In this document: in pieces, positions 1 through 12,629 of the stretch
Layout of the letters: every line of letters begins with the position of its first letter
Numbering within the stretch: position 1 is the first letter of the stretch
DNA from: Nitrospirales bacterium
GTDB lineage: Bacteria > Nitrospirota > Nitrospiria > Nitrospirales > UBA8639
NCBI GenBank assembly: GCA_965203295.1
Contig: CBDBCZ010000017.1
Span: forward strand, 768,001 to 832,000
Direction of reading: 5' to 3'
Length of the DNA stretch: 64,000 bases
Translations under genes and position numbers: made by a program
Notes under the pieces: generated by a model
What the model was told of the DNA's origin: nothing
The model's input: only the letters and a program-made list of their open reading frames with translations
Databases searched by the model: none

Positions 1-883
1 TAGGACAAGATGTGGCGTTTTCTCCACTCTGGCACTCGAAGTCACCACAGAATGTATCAATTTCCATCGCCTGGCTTCGTGTAGTTCGCTTCTTATTTAC
101 TTTCTCAGCCTCTAAGCAACATCCTCTGAAGCATCCTATCCATTTGGGGCACAAGCCAGGAACGCTTTTAGGCAGCCCAGACCAAAGATCGTCGCACTTT
201 CTTTCACAATACCGTTGCTGAGTACAACTGGCACAATTATAGCGATAGGTGATTCTCCCCCCTCCCGAGGGTGAATTCTGGCCACATTGTCCGCAGTACG
301 CCTCTGTGCTGCCACCACCTTGATAAGTTTCCCCATCACAACTGGGATCGTCATCGTTACAATTGTTACAGCAACCGTAGAAGTGTAAGCCGCTAGTGCC
401 TCCATGATCCCACTGGGTGCAGTAGCTCGGAGAGAACATTCGAACATCTACGCTTGGCCAATACTGACATCGACAGTGATTGAACAGTGGCCCCTTGATA
501 TCGTACGCTTGGTTACAAACGCATCGTGTATCGGTGCCCAGAGATCCACAGCGTATAGGGCGGCTATGTATGGGAACACAGTCCACGTCATGAGCTGTCA
601 CGTCAGGAACGTCAACAACATTGCTCAAAGAATAGTCATTGATGGGATCACAAGTCCATCTATTAAATAAGCCTTCAGCATCCCTTTCACAGTCCGACAC
701 GCGCTCGGAAATCAAATCACCCTTGTAGCAAGATCCAGGTATACGAGGGTCACAATTGAAGGACAGTGGTAACTCGCGTTTTTCTTTGCGAGGTGTGACA
801 CTTGCAGCAGCGTTTATGACGCAGAGAGGAAGTGCAATCAGGTAGATACGCATACTAATAGAACTGGTAGTTGACAACGCCAT
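1..883 (-). CDS. Secreted cysteine-rich protein, intronless within the window, 3' end beyond the left edge
   Basis: Manual translation from ATG 883 is open for 294 codons to the edge: MALSTTSSISMRIYLIALPLCVINAAASVTPRKEKRELPLSFNCDPRIPGSCY...GCCNNCNDDDPSCDG...CFRGCCLEAEKVNKKR...FCGDFECQSGENATSCP. Signal-peptide-like N-terminus, basic RKEKR and KKR sites, dense Cys, TATA-like TATATA near 985-992. Confidence 0.85.
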   Translation of the reverse strand, partial: MALSTTSSISMRIYLIALPLCVINAAASVTPRKEKRELPLSFNCDPRIPGSCYKGDLISERVSDCERDAEGLFNRWTCDPINDYSLSNVVDVPDVTAHDVDCVPIHSRPIRCGSLGTDTRCVCNQAYDIKGPLFNHCRCQYWPSVDVRMFSPSYCTQWDHGGTSGLHFYGCCNNCNDDDPSCDGETYQGGGSTEAYCGQCGQNSPSGGGRITYRYNCASCTQQRYCERKCDDLWSGLPKSVPGLCPKWIGCFRGCCLEAEKVNKKRTTRSQAMEIDTFCGDFECQSGENATSCP

Positions 884-1954
884 TGGAACATCAGCTTCGT
901 CCCTAACCCCTGCGCGGTTATGGCGCGATACTATCGCAGCGTGGTACTTTACCTAATACCGTATTCGCTCTAATCAAGGCGCCTCTATATATTAGGGAGG
1001 AAGAGGGAACTGAAAAACTGAATGCTCTATCGTGATGCTGAGAATGGGCACTTATGTTGGTGCCACTGTGATCGGATTGATTTGTAATGGACAGCCAGCT
1101 AGACCCTTCAAAATATTATCATTGTGCAATTCCAATGAGTGAGCAGGATTAAAATGATAATTAGGAATGAAGGAATGATCAAATAACCTCTGGGGGGCTG
1201 GGGGGGGGGGGGGGGGGGGGGGGGGGGAGGAACAGTACAATAATTAGAAAAAGATTTAGCCAAACTCTTTCACCAAAATTCAAACTGGATAGGGAGTTCA
1301 GTATACATGTAGGTCTTCTGGAACCTCACAGGGGCAGTTGCTCCCATCCCCAAAGCACTGGTGACACCCTCACCAGCCCCATCAGTTACCGAAGACAACA
1401 GGGCCCTTCATCTACGGCAGCGTCCCACAGCTTCTCCCAACCAATGCTTTTTGCTACTTCCGCAACCACTCAAGCCTTCCCCTAGCCTCTGATCACACTT
1501 TGCTAGCTTCAACGCTTTGTCCCTCTTAATTCCTGACGTGCTCCTTCATCTCGCGGGGGTGTGGGCATTCCTGCTCCTCCTCCCCCAAAATTTGATTGGT
1601 GTAGCCGCTGGTACCAAAAACCTCCTCCAGCTCTCTGCACTCTCGCACCGGGTACACCTACTCCGTGTCACTGTTCACGATCCAACAGAGACCGCAACAT
1701 CCTAGGTGCTCGAGTGCGCATGCGCGTGCATTGACGCAGATATTGGTGTGCGGTCTACGTGTACAAGTGGGTGAGGCATACATTATAAAAGTGCGTCGTT
1801 GCTCTATCAAGAAGTACAGATTGTTAGTTATCGACTAACCTACTGCGATCACTGCCGTCACTTGTTGGTATGTTCAATTTTCCGTTTAAATTTATTGTGA
1901 GCTGATTTGTATACTCTCTATTATGTAGCCTGACCACCGAGTCACATCTCCATA

Positions 1955-2285
1955 ATGGATGGAAGGGACACTTGGGAATACAAGACACTATTCAAGAATC
2001 AAGCTGAGCTTGCTGCTATGATGGCTAAAATAAACGGAGTAGCTCTCAAAATTGCCGATGAACTCGTTGCGCGAGATGTAATCGGAAGTGCTCTCAGAGA
2101 AACAGTCGATATTCGTGGTCCTCATGTTACCGAGACTATGCGGGCGCAGCCACTTATTACGGCAATGCTGTCAAAGATTGAAATCAACCGAAAGCGTTAT
2201 CATGATTTCCGTGCTGCTATGTTAAAGCCTACCGTAGGCATGGAGAAAGATATAGTGAACTTGTACGTGCCAAAAGAAGAAAAAG
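1955..2285 (+). CDS. First coding exon of a CARD/death-fold-like protein; downstream exons unresolved
   Basis: 110-aa amphipathic helical pattern (EYKTL...IADELVARDVI...RAQPLITAMLSKIE...YHDF) resembling death-fold domains; acceptor ttatgtag ending 1928; donor AAG|gtaaat at 2285 (phase 1). A possible short terminal exon starts near 3808 (DQQQPDGW...F*). Confidence 0.6.
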
Positions 2286-3874
2286 GTAAATGTATATATT
2301 CATATGTTACAGTATATGCTGATAGAACTAGGTCTAGAATAAAAAATTTTGATGTATGTACGCTGCCAGTAATGTAACTGCCCAGTCTCATAGGCCAAGT
2401 TTGGCCTGCTGCTTTGTAGTGAGACTTAAAAATATCTATCTATATGCGCATGATGATGCTGCAGCAATATAATTGTAGATGGGTTTAGTCATGCAACTCA
2501 GATATATAGCAGCTTGCAGAACTGTACTGAAGCTAGCAATATAAGTGCACGTATAATATACCTATCTTATTTCCCATCCATGCAGCAAATTAATTCTGCA
2601 TGACGTGGACATGCAGTACTTGATAAAGGAAGTTGAATTGTTTATTAAACAGTTGAGCTATAATAACTGCTCTATATATAGCTCTAGTACAAGTAGGTAT
2701 ACTCTGGACCTTTTTTATCATGACTATAGCTAGTTTGATGACTCAAAGTTTATACATGTAACTGTAAATGTGTTACATATATTTTACCTTATTATTTGCT
2801 ATATTGTTATAGTTAAAATTTTTACTTTGCGTGCAGTTAACGTTATTGGAAGGACTAGGCTAGTGGTTAGTTGCATGCATGCGCACACAGTATAGAGCAT
2901 GCATATAGCAACCATGGCACACTAAAAAGTCGACTGCTATAATTATATAAAGCTAGTGGAACACAACAAGATAAGCGAAATCCACTGCCCGCTGATATGG
3001 GGAGTTCAACCCTGGCTAGTATCCAGCAATGGATGCCTGTGGGCTAGAAGGGTCTCCTCAAGCTAAGCACAGAGGAGGGTCTAGCTTGATAGACTAAGCA
3101 TCAATCTGATAAGCCCTGAAAATCATAAATGTAATCAGCGTTTGCTGTGACCATGCATGGACTATACTTTGTCATAGCCATGCATATATTGAAGGAAAGC
3201 CTGTCATTGACCACTTTCAATTGTTATTCCTGCAGATCAATTCATCCTTAATATTATAATGCATGGAGTATATGCCCCCTTTTACTATTTCAACCCGAGA
3301 TACCCAGGGGTCTCACTATACGTTTACTTTAACTTTAGATAGCTGCACGTAACCATGCATAGTCACGGGTCAGTCCATGCACGGTATATTATCAAGCACC
3401 AATTCAGCTTGGCTGTTGATGTTGCATTCAGTGTTAGTGGCGGCCTGTATTTACCACCCTCCCACTGCCTTCACACTTCATGCAATTGTTACCTTAACTG
3501 GGGTTCATGGAAGTTTGACCATTAGTGAAACTCCATCCATGCAGAAGACACAATCTGGGCGTGACTTGTTCTGGGCAGGGCCGTTGAGGGATCCTGCATG
3601 GGCCCCCTCATCCCCCCCCCCCAATTCCTATATATAGAGGCTTGAAGATGCATGCTTTAGGCTAGTCAGTCATTTCACGGACTTATCTTGCTACGCAAGG
3701 GATGCCCAGTCCTCCCTCCCTCCAAGCTACTTGTGTAATCCCCGAGAGAGTTCATGTGAGTTTATGTGGCCACCTGTCCATTAACTACATGCATGCATAT
3801 CCATCAGATCAGCAGCAGCCAGATGGCTGGCCACAAACCACATGGTTTCATTACTTTCAATTTTAGTGGAATTC

Positions 3875-3975
3875 AGAAAGGAAACATATTATTGACAGAA
3901 AGGAAACATTATTGACAGAAAGGAAACATTATTGACAGAAAGGAAACACATTATTGACAGAAAGGAACATATTAT
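3875..3975. repeat. About 20-bp tandem repeat (AGAAAGGAAACATTATTGAC), about 5 copies
   Basis: Seen directly. Confidence 0.9.
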
Positions 3976-4844
3976 TTAGGAAAGGCTATTATTAGCTATA
4001 GAGACCCAACATGAGATGGATGGGGTTGCCAGCTTGCAGCGGTGGGGCTATAGCGACCTACATGTACATGTACTACTATATACGCACTTTGTCAATCAAG
4101 CAGCGCCCTTTAACCCTTATTACTGCAGTTCCCAAAAAATATAAGCAGTGTAGATAGCTGCCCATGCATGCACTAGTGCAAATGTCTATCAAAGCTGTAC
4201 CATAGATAGCAGATGGCTGTACTCTCTGATTATATCATCTGCATAGTACAGGTGCACGTCACAGGTCATGATTTTTCCTTCAACATGTGACATGATCGTA
4301 AACTCTGGAGTATAAGTACCCATCAAATACAAGTATCCTATGAATATAAGTACCCATGAACCCAGTTGCTATCCACTTCTTGAATAGTAGTACCCATGCA
4401 AATAAAAGTACCCAATGAATATAAATACCCATCAGACAACATTCTAAGAAAACTGGGATGCATAAACAGTGCATGTGCATGTAACTAGTTAAGCATGAAT
4501 AATAAGGACGGTATCGGGTCCACCTAGGTCTACATCAGAAGGCATATGGGCTGTTGGGGGGCATTGAACTGCCTTGCAAGTATACACTTCAGTGCAAAGA
4601 AAGACCCCTCACATGTAAGATCATTGCTATGACAATCACAGAGTACAGTGAAGTCGAGAAAACACAAAAGTGACTATATCAAAACCAAAACTACAAGTTA
4701 TTGTGCATGCTGTTGTATACCATATATTTAACCTCGTTGAAAAGTACCCCGTGATTATAAGTACCCCATAATCTGTGCCACGAAAATGCACAATCTCCAA
4801 ATAGAAGTACCTGTACTTGTACTGCAGAGTTTATGGTATATATA

Positions 4845-5150
4845 GCAGACACAATTACAGCAATACTATCCCCCCCCCCCCCCCCCCCCCCCCTTCCCAA
4901 GGGTGAATTTTGGCCACTGGCATGCATGGTCTCTGGTCATCTGCATATACAGACACTGTCACAAGTCATGATTTTTGCTTAATTGTTGCCGCAAACCTTC
5001 AACATGTGACAATCATCATCAAGATCTATATATAGCTGACACAATTATAGCAATAGGTGATCTCCCCCTTCCCATGCAAGGGTAAACTTTGGCCACAGTC
5101 CACAGACTGGCTCATGAAGCCATATCATCACACTAGCACCAGTGTGAGTT
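4845..5150 (-). pseudogene. Two decayed fragments of the Cys-rich gene
   Basis: 5034-5105 (acaattatagcaataggtgatctccccc...ggccacagtcc) and 4845-4920 align by eye to 229-292 (acaattatagcgataggtgattctcccccc...ggccacattgtcc). Confidence 0.7.
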
Positions 5151-6128
5151 AACCTAGCATCGCCTGGGGAATTTGCCCCTGGGGAATTTGCCCCTGATTA
5201 GGCATGCTCACTGGCATTGTGGCATTGTGGGATGGGTCATTGGGTCAGCCTCCCAGGACACCCCTGCCACAGCCACCGCTAACCTTGAATATAACCACTA
5301 GGCCCCTTTTATACATTCCTGGTTCCATACCCTTGGGAGGCGAGGTGTGGGGGTCCTTGGACCCCACCCTAGGCCAGAGCCGTCATGTTAGATGACCACT
5401 GGACAGCTAGCAGAGAAAAGAAACAAAATACAAAGACAAATAAATAAATAAACAGCAGCAACAACGGAAAAAAATGATAAGACAAATTAGACTACTCTAG
5501 GCAAGACTGGCCTCAAACGGAGAGTGACTTGGAGGGGGAATGTTAGCCTCGAACCCAGGCCTTACACACCCAGATTTTATCTCGCAGCCTTGGTGAAAAA
5601 TGCGAGATAAAATCCGGGTGTGTAAGGCTGGGTTCGATGCTAAATACGTATAGCACGAGGCAGGAAAGGAAAGGAAATTTTCTGACCGGCCCAGTGGGCA
5701 TGCAGAATACAACAGCAAAACAGAAAACATGTACAGCTAAAACAAGACATAATATAGTTTCGGCCTTGCATGCTCTTTGGATGAGATAGCAGGCACTACG
5801 ATGCGCATGCGCGCCCTGACGCAGGCCGCCCTCCCCTGGCCCTGCCTTATCGCGCCCGCCCCCAGTCTAGGTCTCGTATGGGCCGTATACTTCGCGAGAC
5901 TACACCTAATAACCCGGGGCGGAACGGTAGCGGAGCGTTCCGTCCCGTATACGTAATATGGAATGTCACGATCACACGCGGAAATTTTACTGAGGGGCGT
6001 GGTTGTACTAGATATGATTGCCGATCGAGCGAGGGATCAGCATTACAGACCAAAACGTTCCTGTTGACGGCATAGGTAGTGGACTTCTACCTTCCATCAG
6101 CCAATCAAGGCAAGTTCTAACTAGCTAC

Positions 6129-6556
6129 TAGTCTCGCGGGCCAGTTAGGGGCTGGCTCGCGAGACTAACTAGCTACACTGCTGTGCTGGATGCCTGGAAT
6201 TAAAAATCCAGGAAGATAAATACATTCCTGGTCGTACAGAGGCCTGGATGCAGTCGCTATACCACTAAACCACCAATTGCGTGCATGTGCTCTGTATATC
6301 TAGGGAGGAGGGAGCATGTATATGTAGGATGCCTGACTCCCGGAAGTGGGTGTGGTCTACATTCCCTAACCCTGGCCCTGACCCTACCTAAGACCATACC
6401 CTCTTCCAGGAGTTAAATATCCTACATGACCCGGAAGAAGACCACTAGGTAGTCTCGCAGGCCAGACTGGCCCACGAGACTAGCCAGTAGGCCCGTATAT
6501 AGGGCTAGTCTCGCGGGCCAGACTTCACTGGAAGTGAAGTCTGGCCCGCGAGACTA
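6129..6556. mobile_element. Cluster of three miniature palindromic TAG...CTA elements (AcademH-type MITEs)
   Basis: TAGTCTCGC...CGAGACTA ends at 6129-6167 (9-bp TSD actagctac), about 6449-6482 and 6506-6556 (TSD 8/9 match). Confidence 0.75.
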
Positions 6557-7690
6557 ATATAGGGAGGGCATGGTGCTCTATTGTCCTATGCATATGGTAG
6601 GATAAAATAGGACTTGGCATGGTATTTTACAAGAGGCTTGTCGGAAAACATCACTTTTCAGGTTCAGGGATCCAGTTTAAACCGAACTAAACCACTTTTG
6701 TGGTAATCCACCTCCTGTTCAGAATGTGGTCCGTACCGTGTAAGCTGGTTTTTGAGGCATGTTTGTAGCTACTTATCCAGTTTTAACTGGATCCTAACCC
6801 AGTTTAAATGCCTGATGTTAACTAGAAGTCTCTAGCAGAGACCTACCCCGCACTCCTGGACCTTGCAGACTAGAAACAGCATGTAACGCCGTATGCGAGC
6901 TGTAGGCGTGGCTGATCGCCGTAGTAATGACACGGGCGTTTCTCTACGTATACTCTAGTATGCTTTCTATCTCTTCTAATCTCCATGTTGAATAAAAGAC
7001 TCATATACCATACTCGAGCGCTCACGTATGTCCGTATTCAACCTGTAGGCATGACCAATTTCCGTATTAAAAAAGGTGTGACCGATTGCCATATTTAAAA
7101 AATGGTGGAACACACCGATAATCAGAAAAGGCTTGGATATACTGAGAATAGAACCGCTTTCTACTTTATCAGGTACATATAAGCTAATGTACCACGAACT
7201 CGAGCATTATCCTCCAGTTTAGAAGTTGTTGTAGCCTCTAAATCGCCCGTTCGAAGGGTTTTCCAAAAAAATTTATGACAGACGACCACGACCACAACGA
7301 CAACGACGACAGACAGATAAAACCGATTGCTTAACCCTGCTTGCGCATACGTGCGCAGGGTAATAAGACAAATGCACTCGAACTACTACATACTCAGCCC
7401 AGCTGCATGAAACACGTGACACTGCATGACAGAATTATGAAGTAGCTATTGGTCTGGCAGGATGTCAGTTGGGGTTTTGGTTCAGGCCAGGGTTCGGGTC
7501 AGGGTTGGGCCTAGAGCCTAACCATATTGGATTTAAGGTAACTGCATTGCATCAATATCAAGATACAGGCTTGTGCACGAGTGCACATGCCCGGCCATTC
7601 CCCATTGAAATGTATGCATTTCCTGCCGGACCAATAGCTACATCTTTAAAATTAATGATGTATCTCTTCCTATCTCTCCAGACTTGTGGC

Positions 7691-10600
7691 ATGGCTGCCC
7701 AATCTGACGATGTAGGTGTGTTACGGTTCCATGAGAGGTGTGGGGAGGCAGTGATAGTGGGGGACAATGGGATGACAGTGGAAAAGAGGGAGAAGCTGCA
7801 GCAAGCAGACATTGAGCATGGGGGACTTTGCAAGTACGTTAGCTTTGTGTGTCAAAAAAAAAAAATTAAACACAGATCCCATGCATGCTGCACTCTTTTA
7901 TCCTAGATAGCTTCAGCTGTGCTCATTTCATCAGGACCAATGACTGCTGATACTATTATGAGATAAAGTTTATTATGATGCATGGTGCTTCCTAAATCGT
8001 GTCTGCTAACATCACTCATGCAAACTACCTAATATGACTGTACAATGAAACACTTATGTTTTGGCCCCCAAATTAGGACATACACCTCTATAGCTGCATT
8101 GTGCAAAGCCCCAAATGTACTTATTATACATTAACCCCTGAAATGAGGTCGCCACTTTAAACAGGACCTTTTACTTGTTCCAGAGAGGTGTCCAGAATAG
8201 AGGGGTCCCACTACAGTAGCTGTAGCTGTACTGTATATTGTTATCCTGATACAGAATCAGTGGCTCTTCTTGTGCTGCACTCACCAATCGCCCCCTTCGT
8301 GTGTCTGAGATCTTTGAAGTGGAGATCACTGAAAACCTAAAGCACCCTACTGGCTCACTGTCTATTGGACTCATTTCTCAAAGGTTAGTAGCTAATATAT
8401 GCCGTAACAATTGTTCTATATAGCTCTTGATGACTACCGTATAGCGGGAAATTTTCGCTAGGGAAAAATTTCGCCAAACCCAGATGTGTAGTATTACGGG
8501 AAAATTTCGGCAGATTTATTTTCGCGCACATGCGATTGGGCAAAATTAAATTCCATGGCATTATTAATAATTATTCCTTTCAACACGGCAGTTTAGCAGT
8601 CTCGAGCAGCTTGGAAAAGTGTCTTGCTGCCACAGAATCTCCGTTCTCACTAGCGATTTGGACTTTAGTTCATTACTTAGCTTCATATAAGGCCCTCTCT
8701 TCGCCTTTATAGCCTCTTCTTGGTGCCGAGCATTGGTAACGGCTGTGTTCGCTTCCGCAATCGCCCCGCTATACGGTATAACGATTATGATATGTCCCTA
8801 CTTTCCTCTGTTGAGCAAGTATAGCTTTGATCATTCATGGGTGGTATTCTCTATGAGCCTAAAGGGCAAATAGAGTGTGCCAGCCATGATCAATATAGCT
8901 ACTTGGTATAAGGGATGTAGCATAAATATGACGGCTTCTAGGCTATACTCAGCGGAGCTATATATAAAACTAAGAAAGACACATTTCTATGGTAACCCCT
9001 ATTAATTAGCCTCGTTCTCAGGCCTCCAACATTAAAAAGCAATGGAGTGGAGCCTGGGAACCAAGCTAACGTGATATAGAAACACTCAATACTCATATAG
9101 CGGTGTACCCTGATAGAAGATGATAATTCTACCTAGTAAGATAATATTATCATAATGTGTAACAAAAATGAGAACACATCTGTGGGTGTTTAAATAATTG
9201 GAGGGCACGAAACACTAGACTCATTACTACAACTGGATCGCACAAAATTTAATGAGATGCATATTATGGGAATTACATCTGCATACCCATGTACCTTCCT
9301 GTAGTCCCGAAACAATTGACTTTCCATTTGTCATGACTGACCTACGTGCTGGAACATGGATACTCCAGGGCTTAACTTCAGGGGCCAGAGTTATGGTTGC
9401 TGGAGAGACAATCACAAACGAGTTTCTGTCACCAGCTGAAATGGATAACTTGAAAGCAAGTATAAGTCATTGTGTGTCCACACAATTGCCAATGTTAGGA
9501 TGAGCTAGGCAACTTTGTTATTTTTTGAAATGAATATATAGTGTACGTATACCTGTATTAAGGAATGACACTTGTCATTGTATTTACAATGACACTTGTC
9601 ATTGTATTTACACGCCCTTAATACAGGTATGTGGGTTTACGTTGAGTAAATCCATGCATTGAGCCATATTTCCGGCTTAAATGTACTTGTGCATACCTTA
9701 GGCTATGTCTGATAGTGTTTATGTTATACAGCACTGCAGTAAATTATTTCCTGAGCTTGTAATTTGACCCATAACCTTTTCTGCAACCTCAGTACATTGT
9801 ATCGAGTCAGTTTATTTATTGTATGGGATATACAGCAGGAACTGGTTGCATAGTTATTCCACTGTATCTCAACTGTTTGTTTAGTGTGGTGACAGACTGG
9901 GTTTAATGATCACAAAGGAGAGGTCGCTAGTGATCATTCTCAATCGGAAGATTGTGGGCACTGCGGCCATGGGCATCCCTGAGGGTGTTTACGCCTTTGT
10001 GGAGATCCACAGAAAGTTTCAAGCAGTGAAGTTGAATCTTCTCACGCAAGAGGTAAGTGTATTCCAACACAGAGTTGTTTTCTTTCCAATACCAAATACT
10101 CGGCCGTGGCTGTGTTTTAGGGTCCTCAAAGAGTTGTAATTACATATTCATCTAGTATTGAGGGGCTAAAGAACCCCTGCATGCACCCAGAATACTAATC
10201 AGAAGTTCATATTCACTGCTACTGGAGCCTGGGTGTATGCAGAAAAGCAATAGGCAAGCTTTAATAAACCACTAATACAGCACTTGCAAGTAGGACTGGA
10301 AAAAGTTTATGCTACATGCACACAAACTTACTTTAATCAAACTACCACAGTATATACAAAATGATAACTCTACACTTTATTTCTTTTTTGTTAAGGAAAG
10401 TGCTCAAATACAGGCTGTACGTGAAGGTGAAAAGATAGTACATGAAGTGGAAAAGCATGTTGAGAATAAGCCTGCTGCCGATGAATTACCAGCTGTATAT
10501 TATAAACGTCTACTTCAAAGTTCACAAGAAGAGAACATTCGTCTTAAAATGGAGAACCAGAGATTAAAAGAAGAATCGCAGCAAAGAATGTTTATTGCTC

Positions 10601-11862
10601 AACAAAAAGATACTTTGGGGATGCAGCAACAGACAGCTATCCAGCACATAGAGCGAGAGAAACAGCAACTCCAAGCACAAATTCGCGATGTGGAAAAACG
10701 TCTACAAGCCGCTGTGAACGGCAATAGAAGCCTTCAGCAGCAGATCCAATCCCTACAGCAGCAGCTACACTCTGCAGAGCAGCGACTACGACAAGAACAA
10801 GCTTCCAGTGCTCCATTACGTCACCAAGTTCAATCCCTGCAAGCCCAACTTCACTCGGCAGAGCAGCTCAGTGCTGTACAGAGCGCTAGCATACAGCAGG
10901 CACAACAGCAACAAATCCGGTTACTAGAGCAGCATCTTGCCGAAAACATGGAGGAACTGCGACAAGAACGCGCTTCTATTGCTCCACTACACCACCGAGT
11001 TCAATTCTTACAACACCAGCTACAAGCCAACCAAAGTACAAGTCAGCGCTCGACACAGCACGCAGAGTTCTGGGAAGTCAACAGGGATGAAGTCTCATTC
11101 GACATGAGCAAAGTCTTGGGGACTGGTGCGTGGGGCTACACCGTAGAAGGCAAGTTCAGGGGGCAGACCGTGGCCGTAAAGTGCCTGCACGCTGAAATCC
11201 AGGAGCCCGAGTTCGTCAAGACTATCCGCCAGGAGATGAACATCATGGCGCAGATCCGACATCCCAACCTTGTGTTGCTGATTGCCGCCACTGTAGACAG
11301 CGACGCGGGCCATCTGATCGTAACGGAGCTGCTGGACACCACCTTGCTGAAAGCCTACCAGAAGGGTAAGCTGTCGACGGTCACTTGCAAGCTGGGTGTA
11401 CTTCGAGACGTCGCTTCTGCTCTAAACTACCTGCACCTCCATCGCCCCGAGCCGATCATTCACAGGGACGTCAGTTCCGCCAATGTGCTCCTGGAAGCGA
11501 AACCGAACGATACGTGGAAGGCGAAACTGGCCGACTTTGGCTCCGCTAAGCTAGTGAGGGAGGCCGCTACAATCGGTCCTGGATCACCAGCGTACTCCGC
11601 TCCGGAAGTTAGCTCGCAACTCGGAATTCCGCAGACGTCCAAAGTGGACGTGTACAGCTATGGCATCCTCGTGTGTGAAGTGGCATCAGGTCAGTTCCCA
11701 AGCCAGAAGAGTTTTCCAGGAATGGTTCGCCGTGTTGAAAGCAGCTGGCCCCCCGTACACCGTTTGATAAGCTCCTGCATCCAGCCTGAGCCAGACAACC
11801 GACTGAGGGTTGTAGATATTCTTGCAGAATTGGACAGACTCATTCGATACACACAAATGTAG
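7691..11862 (+). CDS. Neuralized homology repeat (NHR) + Gln-rich coiled coil + TKL-type protein kinase, about 685 aa
   Basis: Phase-consistent exons 7691-7833, 8255-8383, 9305-9455, 9885-10052, 10396-11862. NHR motifs LRFHERCG, LTNRPLRVSEIFEVEI, GSLSIG, GDRLGL, IPEGVYAFVEIH; kinase motifs GTGAWG, VAVK, HRDVSSAN, DFG, APE intact. Confidence 0.85.
8437..8776. mobile_element. Tc1/mariner-like MITE (CCGTATAGCGGG TIR, TA flanks)
   Basis: ta|ccgtatagcggg...cccgctatacgg|ta; same family as 25170-25698. Confidence 0.8.
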
Positions 11863-12629
11863 AGCATAGACTATCAGATGCCGATAGTAGCTATTAGTGT
11901 TTTTGTTTGAATTTGTTTATATACCTGTTTGCTGTTACTTTATTTTGATTTATAGATGCGGGGGGCCATACTTGAAAAAAGGTACGACGCGCACCCACCG
12001 AGTTGGTTGGTTGTTTTGGCGGGTCAGCAAAAAAGGTCCCAAAAACTAGGGAATTTTTTTGCAGACAAAAGTTCAGATTTTGGCAGTACAAGCAGTAGAG
12101 GATGCCTCATATCCATTATGCATCACATTGTGTACAGTTCGCATGTACTTGCATACAATAGTGACACTGATCTCACTTCATCACTTACTCGGCAGCAGCT
12201 TGCCGCTGCCTTCAGCCATGGTCGCTCAATCAGTAAGTGATTAGTTAGGGTTGGGTCAAATTAGTTAACCATTTTATGATGTCAATGCATGGTTAATTAA
12301 CTATTTATGACGTAATTAATTATAAGTATGACACTTTGTGATGCAGTTGGTAGGTTGCTTTGGGGGGTCTGCAAAAAAGGGGCTGTGCATCGTGGACTTT
12401 TTTTGCTGGGGCCTCCTGATAGATGAGCTGTAAAATTGTGATGTTCCCATACGAGCCCCGCCCATCCTTGCGCTTTGGAATTCTATTTTTGCGTCAATGT
12501 TTATTCCGTCAGTAAAATCAAAAACTGGCGGGAATTTGACTACCCTGGCCGTGAGCTCGTAGCTAGCTAGCTAGTGCTGGCGGAGCAAGCTACATGTAAC
12601 ATGCAGCTATCATTCAGCTCAGGAACATC

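Noticed and set aside
136..670. ORF-track entries 136-447 (-) and 404-670 (+)
   Set aside because: Shadow frames of the Cys-rich CDS at <1-883.
5163..5196. Tandem GGGGAATTTGCCCC kB-like pair
   Set aside because: Imperfect consensus, not near an identified TSS; could be a simple 15-bp duplication.
1955..7833. Direct CARD-NHR-kinase fusion by splicing 2285 to 7682
   Set aside because: The phase-1 join reads GAC TTG TGG CAT GGC TGC CCA ATC TGA (stop); it would need an unseen intermediate exon.
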